Source of the DNA: the human T2T-CHM13v2.0 reference genome, Homo sapiens
Assembly (NCBI RefSeq): GCF_009914755.1
Contig: NC_060926.1
Length of the DNA: 64,000 nt
Strand: one strand, 5' to 3'
Shown: positions 13,946 to 27,104 of the stretch, in pieces
How the letters are laid out: each line of letters opens with the position of its first letter
Position numbering within the stretch: the stretch's first letter is position 1
The notes under the pieces: generated by a model
What the model was told of the DNA's origin: nothing
What the model saw: only the letters and a program-made list of their open reading frames with translations
Databases searched by the model: none
Program-made: the position numbers and the translations under genes

Positions 13946-14902
13946 CGGATAGATACCAGCTGGGATCACCATGCCCTTAAGACCCAGAGAAGTCCTGTCC
14001 AAATGCCCATCTCATCAACCACGAAAAGCCCTTTGTTCTCAAGATCTCTGTAAGTCCTGGGGATTTTAGCTCTTCTCATCACCTTTGGTTTCTAAGTGTG
14101 TTCTTATTATTTACTTTTCTGTTGGGGCTTGTTCTTTCACATGTCCCTGAAAGCAAGCAGGGACATACGGCCCAGGCCTGATACTTTCTGGAAGAACAGC
14201 CCTCTCACAGAACTCCTTGGAGGCTGCCCTGCAGAGGAGGTGGTTACCATTACAAAGACAACCAAGAGACTTAGAGCTGAGCATTAAACTCCCTGTAGTT
14301 GGAACAGTCCTCTTCCTTTTCTGGCATCTCCAGCTTGGTCTGATAAATTACTCAAGAGCTTTGCTCATCTCTGTGCTCTCCTGATGAGCCCCTAGTTCCA
14401 GCTTCTGGTTTATAATGGCCCATTTTTTCCGTCTCTTCTTGCACCTCCAGCTCACACTCTTAGGGCCCCACCTGCTGTCTCTTAAGTGTCTGATCAGTGC
14501 AAGTTCCTAAAAAAAAGAAAGCATCCTTCATGAAGCATATTTACCTGATGAAGTAGTACTGTTTTTCACCCCAATACGTATAAAGTTACAAAACTAATGA
14601 TATACTTACTGGTGAGAGAGAATGTGTAGGATGCTGTGAGTGGTAATAGGGTGGATCAGTTAGAATAGGATGGGGCCTACAGGCGAACCCGACAAACGGA
14701 AGCTAACTGACCTGGCTGGAGAGTAGCAAAGTTATTTCTCATTTACCCCACCCCACCCCATATGTGTTGCTGGTCAGCAAAGGGTCACTCTTAGTCGCTC
14801 AGGAATCCAGGTTCCTGCATGTGCTGTCTCAATGCATGCTTCTGTAATTACAAGAGCTAAGATACAAAAAGAGCATAGCTCACCACACACTAATTCATTT
14901 GC

Positions 14903-15108
14903 TTTTTCTTTTTTTTCTTTCTTTCTTTAATTGAATTTTTTAAAAAAAGCTTTATGAGGTATAATTGACATACAAAAATTGCACCTATTTAATGTATACA
15001 ATTTGATGAGCTTGGACACATACATATACCTGTGAATCTACCGCCACAATCAAGGTAATAGTCATAACTACCATCCCGCAAAGCTTCCTTGGGTCCCTCC
15101 GTGTGTGC

Positions 15109-15139
<31 letters not shown>

Positions 15140-15975
15140 TAAAACGCTTAACATGAGATCTACCTTCTTAACACATTTGCAAGTGCATAACACAGCACTG
15201 TTGACTATGGGCACTACACTGTACAGCAGACCGCTAGTGCTCAACGTGCATGCAAAGCTGTAACTTTATGCCAATTAAACAGCAATCCCCCATTTCTGTT
15301 CCCCCCTGGTCCCTGGTAACCACTGTATTTTCTCTGATTCTCTGAGTTTGATTATTTTAGGTACTTCATATAAGTGGAATCATGCAGTATTTGTCCTTCT
15401 GTGCCTGGCTTATTTCACTTAGCACAATGTCCTTCAGGATCATCCAGTGTTGTCACAGGTGGCAGGATTTACTTCTTTTTTAAAGCTGAATTATATTTGA
15501 TAGTATGCATATAGAAAATTTCTTATCCATTCATCTGTTCACGAACACTTGAGTTTATTGCATATCTTGGCTATTGTAAATAATCCTGCAATAAACATGG
15601 GAATATAGAGATCTCTTTGAGATCCTGATTTCTTTTGGGTATATACACAGAGGTAGAATTGCTGGATCATATGGTCATTCAGTTTTAATTTTTTGTAAAA
15701 TCTCCAAACTGTTTTCCATAGTGGCTGTACCATTATACACTCCTATCAACAGTGCATAAGGGTTCCCCTTTCTCTACCTCTTTGCCAAAACTTGTTATAT
15801 TTTGCTTTTTTCGATAATAGCCATTCTAACAGGTATGAGGTGGTATCTCCTTGTGCTTTAAATTTGCATTTCCTTGATAATTAGTGATGCTGAGTACCTT
15901 TTCAGGTACCTGTTACCTATTTGTATGTCTTCTTTTGAGAAATCTCTATTCAGGTACTTTGCCCATTTTTAAAGC
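14903..15975 (-). mobile_element. L1MA/L1MB 3' segment (3'UTR and ORF2 end) with internal (TG)n
   Basis: T-rich tail, gaggtataattgacatacaaaaattgcac; antisense ORF2-like peptide VQPLWKTVWRF. Confidence 0.9.
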
Positions 15976-16026
15976 TATTTCAAATTTTGAATTTTCATGT
16001 CTTTGCTCTGGATTTGCCTTAACCCT

Positions 16027-16413
16027 GGGTACCAAGAGCACACAATGAGGGAATTACAGTCTCTTTAAGAAATGGAGTTAGAAAAATATCCACATGTAAA
16101 AGAATAAAGTGGGATCCATATCTTACACCATACACACACAAAAAAACTCAAAATGGATTAAAGACAAATGTTTAAAACCTGAAACTGTAAAATTTCTAGA
16201 AGAAAATATAGGAGAAAAACTCCATGACATCGATTTTGGCAGTGATTTCCTGGATATGACACCAAAAGCACAGGCAACCAAAGGAAAAATAGACAAGTGG
16301 GACTACGTCAACTAAAAAGGTTCTGCACAGCAAAGGAAATAATCAGGTTGCAAACGCAACCTAGGGAATGGAAGAAAACAATTGCAAACCATGTATCTGA
16401 TAAAGAGTGAATC
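16027..16413 (+). mobile_element. Inverted 5' segment of the same L1 (ORF2)
   Basis: ORF2-like peptide KNSKWIKD..KPETVKFLEENIGEKLHDIDFGSDFLDMTPKAQATKGKIDKWDY. Confidence 0.88.
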
Positions 16414-18839
16414 ACCACATTGATTCTTCAAGTGATTTCTGTGCACTTCTCAGCCAAGGCATTGCCCGTTTTCCCAGCCATGCCCTTCATCAATGAAGAA
16501 GGAAGCGCCCTCCATGCATGAGGGACAGCAGACAGCTATCAACATTCACTTTTTACTTTCCACTTGCAAATACTTTCACTCCTTCCCCAAAAGGAACCAT
16601 CCAAAGCCTACTCCTGGTATCAGGCTCAAAGTCCAGGAGCTTATGACTATTTCACAGGCAGGTCTGGCTGCAGCTGTTTTGGCTTTGGACATCTATATAC
16701 TGACCAAAAACAAACCCAACGAAACAAAAAGCAAAAACAAAACAAACAAAAACTACTTTCTTCCCTACAAGCAAAACACAATGATAGAAGGACTGTATAA
16801 TTTCAATGAACACTCTGAAATCCCACTGACAGACATTGCTTTTTAAGTTTCTGTTCTACTTCTTGAGCCATTGTTCAAATTGTTTCTTCTTTTTAATTAT
16901 CATATTGACCACATATGAGGAGGTCAATAGGAAATATCTGTCTTTAGGGCTGCACAGGTTTCCCAGCATGCTCTCTCCCTAGAGAAGGTTGGGGGCCCAA
17001 GCCTTAAGTCCTGAAAGGTCAGTAGCTTTTAGACCACACTGGTGGATCTTCAAAAATACAACTCTTTCAAATCTACTTTGTTTCAGTAGTCACATCCAAA
17101 ATTATTTTTCAGACATGCATTTTTCTTTCAGTAGAGTTAATTGCTGGTATTTTGAGCCTATCAGTTTCATGGAAGAGCCAAGCCAATTCTCTTTATACCT
17201 GAAACATTATGTCTAATTAAAGTAATTCAGCAAAATGTTGGTAGTTTAACAAAGAGGATAATGACCTTCTTGATTTGTTCCTTGCCTCAAGACTGAATTT
17301 TCATCAATCTGAGTCTGAATGCTTGGAGACTGAGAGTCGCTTATATTTCTCAACCCTTCAAGTCATTGAATTAGGAATTTTCCATTCCTTTTCTTCCTGC
17401 TTGTAAATTGAACAATTTTTTTTCTGATCTCATCTCTTTTTCATTGACCTTTGTCAAATGCAACCTTTAGCAACCAAACCATGTTACCAAAGTCTCTCTT
17501 CCCATTTATTTGCCTAAACCTATGCTCTTATTAGAAACTGATTTGTCTTCCAACTTACCATTGATGGCAGTTTTCCTAAGTGTTTCACTGCAACCTAATA
17601 TGGATCATCATCCTTACAAATGTTAAGAGTTTTCTTACTGCTCGCTGTCCATCCTAAAGTCAATGTCACATAGTTTAGAGTTATTGTTATGATTATATTC
17701 CTTCTTTGGTACAAATTGTTCTGCTCCAGCACTACACAATCCAAAAAAACAACCAACTTAATGATAAAAAAAAAAGTTTCCTTCCCACATTACATGCCCA
17801 TTACAGGTAAACAGTGGTATTCTGTTCTTTGTAGTCAAAAAAGGATCTGAACTGATGGCTATCTCATCATTGACACATGCGTCTAAGAGCTCAGGGGTTG
17901 GAGAAGAAAAAGTATGTAAACAAAGTGACAGCTCTGAAAGCTTCCACCTAGAAGTGACAAGTGTCTCTTCCACTCACACCTCATTGGGAAAAGGTGAGTC
18001 ACATGACTAAGCTCTGAGATACCTATAGGTGAGAAGGGATTGTCCTCTCCCAGAGAAAAGTGGTACATATTTTTGAATGCAGAGGGTACATAAACTAGTA
18101 GGAAGTGTTAACAAATACCTTTTCATGGGTATTTTTAACCTGAAAAATAAGTGGGTGTTAGAACTTTGAGAAAAAGGGTCAACATGTGTTATATACCAAA
18201 GACAAAAAGAAAGACAGCACAGTCTCAGAGAGAAAGCCAGTACGGCATGAGATGGCTCAGGGATTGTTGGCGGGGCCAGACAGTGGCACAAAGTCACAAT
18301 GCTTTAGTAGAAAGACACAAAGACTACTGTGAGGAAGGGAGGAGGATGTTCAGATTTCAGGATTTTCAAAGGTTTCTTGGAGAAGTAGGACAGTAAACAC
18401 TGACAATATTTTGCAGACAGAGTCTTATTTGGGAACTTTTGGGGTAAAAGTTGGCATTTTCTTGAAAGAAGCATGCCAAATAGCCAAGCTCTGCTGTCCC
18501 AGGGCACAAAAACTGCACCAGCAAAGTAATTACCAGCCCAAGAATTAGCAGCAGGTGTAGTAATAGGGCAAGGACTCATGTCAACATATGGTAAGTCTCT
18601 CTAATGGCTGGGTATAACTTTAAATCGGAGGGGATTCATTTTAAACTCATGATCTCAAACCTTAACTGATGCTATATAGTAGCCAAAAAATTATGTTTTC
18701 CCAGTACTAGTTTTTCAAACCTTCTTGTTAATCAGACCTCTACCATCCATCTACATGCACCCTCATGATCATTGCAAATAGAGGTCATCAGGCTCAAAAC
18801 CCCTTACATGCCTACCACTAAGCCAATGACCTCTCTCTA

Positions 18840-19696
18840 CATGCACCAATTCATCTCTCCCCTTGCCTATCAAAACAGAGGTCACCATGAACTCTCACTG
18901 GATTATTGCAGCACCATCTTAACAGGGTTCCTAACTTACGTTTCTCTAATTTGTTCTACAACAGCAGTAAAAGTAATGTTCATAAATTACAAAACTGATA
19001 TCATATTACTGTCCTATATAAATCCTTCCAATACTTCTTTACCATCCTTACCACGAGCTTCTCACCATGACCTTCTCACCATGACCATCTTACCACAACC
19101 TTGTCACCATGACGTTCTCACTAGGACCTTCTCATCATAAACTCACCATGCTTACAATTCCAGGCAAGATCTGGCCCCTGCCTGTCTCACTGACCTCATT
19201 TCCTGCCACACTCCTGTTTGGTCAGAACCGCCAGCTACATTGGTTATCTTTCTGACTCTCAAACACAGAGCTTTATGGTTTGGGTTTTTTTTCTTTTTTT
19301 TTTTCTTTTCGTTTCTCTGGGCCTTTATAAATGCTATTACCTATACCGATAGTGGTTTCTGTTTACCTTTCATTTAACCGCTTCTAATTCTCAAAGCTTG
19401 GCTCTGTTTAAATATCACTGTCTTGAAGAGGACTTCCCTGACCAGAGGAAAACGGCTTTCTACTTAATATTTTTAAAAACGTATCTAGTTTTTTATTCAT
19501 TACACAATGCAACTTGCCAATGCTTTTATTCAATTGACTTTTCTTTACTCATGCTGCTGCAGAGTTTTTGGTTTTGGTCTGCCTCCTCATTAAGATATGT
19601 AACCGAAAAGGCAGGAGCCAAGTGTCTTTCTGACCATTTTGTACTCAGTGATGAGTATGCAACCTGGCACACAATAAATATTTGTTGAATAAATAA
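18840..19696 (+). mobile_element. L2 LINE 3' portion
   Basis: ctcactggattattgcagc, gatctggcccctgcctgtctc, terminal cctggcacacaataaatatttgttgaataaataaa. Confidence 0.75.
19041..19150. repeat. Degenerate 14-bp minisatellite (ACCTTCTCACCATG, ~7.5 copies) inside L2
   Basis: Units read directly from the sequence. Confidence 0.85.
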
Positions 19697-20999
19697 ATCA
19701 CAGGCGCATAGCCCAAGGCCAAGGGCTGCTCCACTTTCACATCTGTACCAATCAAATTAAACTGCTAGAACAGCTTCAAGACTTTGAGAAACAATAGATT
19801 TAGGGCTACAAAAGTGACAGTGATTTCTATTCCTCCTTGTTCTCTCATACTGCTTTTAAGGTTATCTCCAAGACTGAAATGAATCCCATACTGACAAAAC
19901 AGATGCTTCCAATCAATAGAAGTCCCTACCAATTCCTCATGTTACTCAAGAATTAAAGGAGGCTTCCATTTAGCATGGCAGATAATGTTCCTTCCATCTC
20001 ATTAAAATACCCATAAAGGCATATTAAAGTAAAATCTATCAACACAGTACATTAGAGATAAAAATGGACAATAGACTCAAGAAGGGGCAGTATTTCCCCC
20101 TACATATATCTTCTATGTGTGTAGGTACCAAGAAATATATTCTTGGACTAAATATCCCACTTTCTATCCTGCATGTCAAAATAAGCCAGATGGCTCCAAA
20201 AATGGTAGGAAAAGACTTTTGAACACTGTTCTGTTGCCTGCCTCTTCTTAGGGATCTCAGGGTTTGTAGTGACTGTAAAATGAGCCAAGATACAACCAAA
20301 CAATAAAAAAATAAGTAAACAAAAACAAATACTGATGAACAGAGACAGAGATCCTCTTGCTGAGTGAACACGCTACCTGAGTGGCCCAGTGTTCCATACC
20401 AGCTCACGCACCCCCCGTCTATTCCCACTCAGACTCCCAGCCCATGAGACAAGGAAGAAAAAGGGCATGAGCAGAGCAGTCTTGCATCTTGGGATACTCA
20501 CCTTCTAAGCAGAATGTTTTTTCTTTTTTTTTTTTTTTTAACTTAAGGAACTAGGCAGTGGCAAAAAGAAAAAGCTCATGGGCAATGGATGCAGCTTGTA
20601 TTCACTTTCGTGTAGAAAATCAGCTCAAAAAAGAATTGCAGGATGCTTCAAACTCTCTACTATAGTCAGACACTGACCAATTGGAGGATTCAAACTCAAG
20701 CTAGCAAAATAAAACTGATGAAAACCTTCAACCGAACATAATTTAAGGGAGAGCTGTGCACTTCCATCTGAACTTAGAATCACATAGGAAAGACATTAGC
20801 CCATGGATATCTAAAACCCGGGAGAGGTCCCTCATCTAGTCAGAGATGAGAAACACACATGTAGCTCTGAAACACAGGGAATATGCATATGTAATCTAAA
20901 TAAAAATTAAAATAAAAAACTGCCTCTCATTACAGTTATATACCATAAGGGGTGCTGCCAAATTTATATCCAGAGTTAAATTCATATCCTAAAGTACCC

Positions 21000-21838
21000 T
21001 ATTTGTCACAGAATAACAAATAGATATGAAACAGAGATTGATTTCAAAAAAACTGAAAAATAAAAGACAACTCTAAGGAAAACAAAAAGAATGAACTGAA
21101 AGTGAATAAAACTTATCAAAATATGGAAAATAGCAAGATAGATCAGAAATTTTAAGGATCAATTTTTTGAAATAATGAAAATGAGAGAGCAAATCTATGA
21201 CACAGAAAAATAAAAGTATTAAAAATCATAAAGTTCATATAATAATAGTGAATAATAACAGTAGTGTATAAAACCTGAAAGGCTGTCAGGTGCGGGGTTA
21301 AATGCCAATTACTTTTACATCTTGTTGTATAGATACTTTCCTGGATTTTTTTTTTTAATAGAATTTTGCTGTCACTTGGGCTGGAGTGCAGTGGATCACC
21401 ACAGTATCAACCTCCTGGGCTCAAGCTATCCTCAGCCGCCTGAGTAGTTGGGCCTTACAGGAGCATGCCACAATGTCCAGCTAATTCTTCTATATTTTTT
21501 GCAGAATTGGGTCTTGCTCTGTTGCCCAGGCTGGTCTTGAACTCCTGGGCTCAAGCAATCTTTAATCTTCCTGTTTCGGCCTCCCAAAATGCTAGGATTA
21601 CAAGCATGAGCCACCATGCCTGTTCTAGATATTTTTAAGTTGCCAAAACAGTAGAAAGAATGAGTAGAATGCTAACAAGTATAACACTATGGATTTTTTG
21701 TTTCAAAATTTAACAAAGGATTAATTGTAAAATATTTAATAAAATCCAGAGCACAGACACATGGACTGCTACCCAATTAATTCTATAAAACTTCAAAAAG
21801 ATTTCTATCAAGATTTGAGAATGCACACAAATAACAGT
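21000..21838 (+). mobile_element. Ancient L1M ORF2 debris, interrupted by AluJ
   Basis: A-rich L1-like motifs (gaatgaactgaaagtgaataaaacttatcaaaatatgg; aaatccagagcacagacacatgg...ttctataaaacttcaaa). Confidence 0.5.
21347..21624 (-). mobile_element. AluJ, diverged
   Basis: ggctggagtgcagtgg, ctcctgggctcaagc in both arms, ggattacaagcatgagccacc. Confidence 0.9.
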
Positions 21839-22607
<769 letters not shown>

Positions 22608-23719
22608 CTGGGAATTAAAAATAGGTTATTAAGCTAAAATTTTTGTGTTACTTTAAAACATGCAAAAATACGTTTGTTCATCATTAATTCACTATAGGTC
22701 CAAGGTCTTTTCTTTGATATGTGTACCGATCATAATTCTGTATTACATGTTGAACAAGCAACCTATCATATACATTTCAAGTTTTGGTATTTTGAAAGTG
22801 AAAAGTGAATTTAAAGACATTTACAAAGCAATCCACGTCCAGAAACGTTGTGACGCTGCGTTGGAGAGGCTGTGGGGCTGCCGAGAGAGCGTGGAGATTC
22901 CATTAAATTCAGACTCTGGAACAGGCCCTTTGTAACCAGTAAAACAGACAATTTTAGCCGTCACAGACGCTCTGCAGCCGTAAAGTACCTCTAAACAACT
23001 AATAGTGTGAAAGTGTGGTGAGAAATGAGAGCTCGACCACAGCTCCTGAAGGCCAGCCCTATGACATCTGTTCCCACCACAGCGGGTGGCTGTTCCCATA
23101 TCCAGCCACAGCAGGGTTCCAGCCCCTCTGTACAGGGGAGAAAGATGTGGACCCTGAGGATGCTGACAACCTGGGTGCAGAGCAAGATTGACCAGGGATC
23201 TGCATGGCCTGTCCTCAGTAAAGACAGCCTGGAGAGGACCAGACTGAGGTCACGTTGAAAAAAGGGACGTGACCAAGGGACAGGAGTCCCCTGGTGCTAC
23301 ATCGTCAACTGCCTGCCGAGGAACCTGGAAAGTCCTTCGCCAAGAGATGGCTCGAAGACAGGAGCAGCCGATCCTACTGAGGTCACTGAGCGCCTGAGGC
23401 TGGGCAGGATGCAGCTGAGCAAAGCCTGGCTTGGCAGCTCTACGCTCTTCCTGTTTAGTCATCCAACAAGAAGAAAGAAAAGTGAATCTCTAGCAATACG
23501 ATTTTTCTTAAAAAAATGGCAACAAAGACCTTTCATTGTTCTATATAGGACCAAATAAAGATTTAAAGAACTCACTTCAAATTTGTATTTCGTCTTTTCA
23601 AGGTGAATTTTTCGAAGTATACAACTGCAAGCACTCTTAATGTTTAAAATCAAATTTTTAAAAATAGTTCTGAATGTTCTAGTGAATGAAAAGAGACAAG
23701 AACCAACATAACGGGAACT

Positions 23720-25450
23720 ACTTGAAATAATAATTTTTAAAAAGTCCATTTATAATTCAAAGAATATACTTAGATTATACCTTAGATAGCCTAAGAGAAT
23801 CAACTGAAAAAAATGTTAGACTCAATAACTTAGATAAGCAAAGTAAACAGATAAAATATAGATACAGATTATTCAATATTTTTTTTAGAAATGAGCAGTA
23901 AGCTTTTAGAAAATAAAATGAAAAAAAGACCCTATCCAAAATAGTAGTAGAAACATAAAGTACCTAGCTATAAATTTTGCAAGATTTATGTAGAAAGTAT
24001 ATGAAAACAAAAATATTTCTATGATCTGTAAAATACAAATAATACACAGGGTTTATTATATTTTGAATGGAAACATTGAATACTATAAACAATTTTTATA
24101 ATAAGCCTTTAAAAAATTCTTCCATAATGAATTTATGTGATTAAAATAAGTCAGACCAAATTGCTAATGACAGAACATTTACGAGAATGAAATAAACCAC
24201 AAGCTGTCATCTTTGCAACCAAATGGAGACCGATAGAAGAAAATGGAAAAAAAAAATATGTTACTGATTTTGTAGAGAGATGGAAGCATTGTTTAAAATA
24301 GCATGCTAAGACATGCCTGGAAATCCATATCCACCCTGACTGCCTATGAAATGAGCTAATGAATTATCCTTAATTTTATTTTCTAAGCAGGTTTGAGTTA
24401 TGTGTCTGTGTCGATCAATTGCAAATGAAAGAACATAATTACAACTAGCTATTAATTTATAAAAATAAAATCTAGCCTCTATAGCAGCTGAAATGTTTGT
24501 ACCAATGGAAGTGTCCTGTTCTGAGATGCTCAACACTGTGGCCCACATGGGGCTACTGGGTGCTCGAAATGTGGCTGGTGCAGCTGAAGAGCTAAATTTT
24601 TTAATTCTATGTAAGTTAGTGAATTTCAAATTAAATTATGTGGCTGGTGGCTACAGCTTTGGACAGGGTAGCTCTATAATGATAAAATCTTGTAATTAAG
24701 GTAATAAAAGCTGTTTTTGCATTACAAATTAGAAGTAACTTTGGAAACCCCTTAATGCTGGAGAGCATGACATGTGAAAAGAATTCTCTCATTTACCTGT
24801 AAAAGCTCGAATTTGTACACACTTGCAATCTTTTCCTAAAATAATATGTCAATTTTTATCAAGTACAAAACTTTAGCCCAGTAATTCTGGAAAATTCTAG
24901 GGAATCCTAACAAAATAGTCAAAGATGTTGATAATAATTTGTGCATAAAAAGTATTAATACCACATCATTTATGATTTTAAAAATGTAAAATACATTAAA
25001 ATGAGCAACAAATAGAAACAATTACCAACTAAATGAGTAAACAATGGAAATAATGAAAATTTGGGAACTTGGAGAACATTAACTATTATACCTTCACCTA
25101 AAGTCAAGTTTACAGCAATTATTCATTAAATTGCAAAATATTTACGACATAGCATTTTTAAAAAGATACAAATATCTCTCTGTATAGACAAATTATATAT
25201 AATATATAATAAATATAACATACTATATTATATGTTAGATTAATATAATTCAACATATGTGATTATATTATATATCAATATATTATTATGAATATTTTCT
25301 TAGTATTTCATATATTAATGTTATATATTATGTATTAACTAACATATTATATATTTTGTTAATATAATGGAATATATTATATAAAACATTACATGCTATA
25401 TAAACATATTAGGAATAAACAAATAATATTCATATTCACCAATATTTCAA
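23720..25450 (+). mobile_element. Ancient L1M ORF2/3' debris with an AT-rich low-complexity tract (25190-25420)
   Basis: gattataccttagatagcctaagagaatcaactgaaaaaa; acataaagtacctagctataaatttt; cccagtaattctggaaaattctaggg. Confidence 0.55.
24478..24671 (+). mobile_element. MER3 hAT-Charlie DNA transposon fossil
   Basis: cgaaatgtggctggtgcagctgaagagctaaattttt...atgtggctggtggctac..tttggacag. Confidence 0.8.
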
Positions 25451-25862
25451 AATAACTTATAGAATATGGAATTTTAAAAAAACTTGCTTCAGATTTGTCA
25501 TAGTTTGTCCACTTAAGAAGTCTTCAATAAAACAGTAACACTGTAAATGAAATTAAGCCCTCACATTTTAATAGTAGTTTATAGTTTACAAAATATCTTC
25601 ACATTTATCTTTTTAATCTTTCAGTAGCCTATTAAGATAAAATTTAATGTAATTAAATTATTTGGCCAAAAGTATATATTTTTCCAGTATTATAGCCCAA
25701 AAGAGAACTCAGCTGTTATATCTGTCATTGTTTAAATTGGTGTTGAATTTAGTAATATCTTAGACGTGGTGTGAGTCTTTTTATTTCTTAGTTTGTGTCT
25801 TTGTCTGATAAGCTGCAATAATCTAATAAATAATTCAACTACTCAAAAATAAATTACACGGC

Positions 25863-26018
25863 TATTTTATTTTATTTTTATTTTTATTTTACTTTTTATA
25901 TAAAGACAGGATCTCATTATGTTGCTCAGGCTAATCTCAAACTCCTAGGCTCAAATGATGCTCTTGCCTTGACCTCCCAGAGCGCTGGGATTACAGGTGT
26001 GAGGCACAGTACCCGGCC
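25863..26018 (-). mobile_element. FLAM / AluJ left monomer
   Basis: (tattt)n tail and a single left arm ending cccggcc; TSD-like acacggctatttt/acactgttaattt. Confidence 0.85.
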
Positions 26019-27104
26019 AACACTGTTAATTTAGAGAGTCAAATTCATTTTGTAGTAGAAAGGATGCTTTCTATTTTCATGTCTTTGGAGATACTTTAAT
26101 CTCTGTAGAGTATGTTCTCGTGCATGTTTTATAGCTTGTCTGTGCTCAAATTCTCTAGAATAAAAATAATGTATTAAATAGATAAAGATACAGACATAGA
26201 CACACAGATTGTCATGGGCAAACTTGCACCTCTGCTTATCAGGTAAACATTTCCTTCAGCACTAACCTGGCAAACTTTACTTTCAGTCTTTAATGCAATT
26301 AAATTGAAGCTGGATTGATTATCTGAATCACTATATTTTCTGAGGAGTGATCAACGTATTTTAAGGAAGGGACTTACCCCAAATTTTTACCTTAGGATCA
26401 AACTTGTTAGTAAATGAAATCTTGGGATTGTCATGGTCCTTTATCAAAAATAACTCAAGGTATTTTATAAAAATCATCTCAGGAGTTCTTTCCAGTACTA
26501 ACACTGTGTCTTCTTTTGAGGATAAGTCCAATTTCCAGATGGAGAAGATTTACTTAAAGTCTCAAATTATTCTGTCATTGATTGTTAAGGTTAAGGGAAA
26601 TGATGAAGAGCAGATGGCCTAACCTTGTCACATTACAAATGAGAACACTGAGAACCTTGGCTAGAGCAATGAGGCGCCTAAGGTCACCTGATTGCCAGAA
26701 ATGGCATTGGGAATCAGCCCTTCTAACTCTCTGCTTGGTATTTGTTACCAAAATGCACTCACAAGAGCAAAGGCAAACCAACTCACCTTTTCTAAGTTCC
26801 AGACAAATACAGTTTTAATCAGCTCTCTAATTAAAAACATCTCTCACAACAAAATGCCATTTCTCAGTTGAGTTGCAGCATGTCTTTTGTTTGAGATGGA
26901 AGATGATGAAAGCTTCTAATTGGACTTTTTCAAGTATCACATTTCCAAAAATCAGTAAACAATGTTAATAGCCTGGTGTCCACTCTCGTCTATCATTCAC
27001 AAAAAAACAGAGCAATTTTTGTATCTTCAGATTAAATATTCTTTGAAATAATAGTGCTAATATTATTTCACACATTTCTATGCAGCTTTTTATAGTTACA
27101 TGCA

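Noticed and set aside
16109-16315. L1 ORF2-like peptides as an active element
   Set aside because: Short, truncated, stop-interrupted fragments; no intact L1 is present in the window.
19041-19150. CRISPR-like array
   Set aside because: Units are directly adjacent with no unique spacers, the context is eukaryotic and there are no cas genes.
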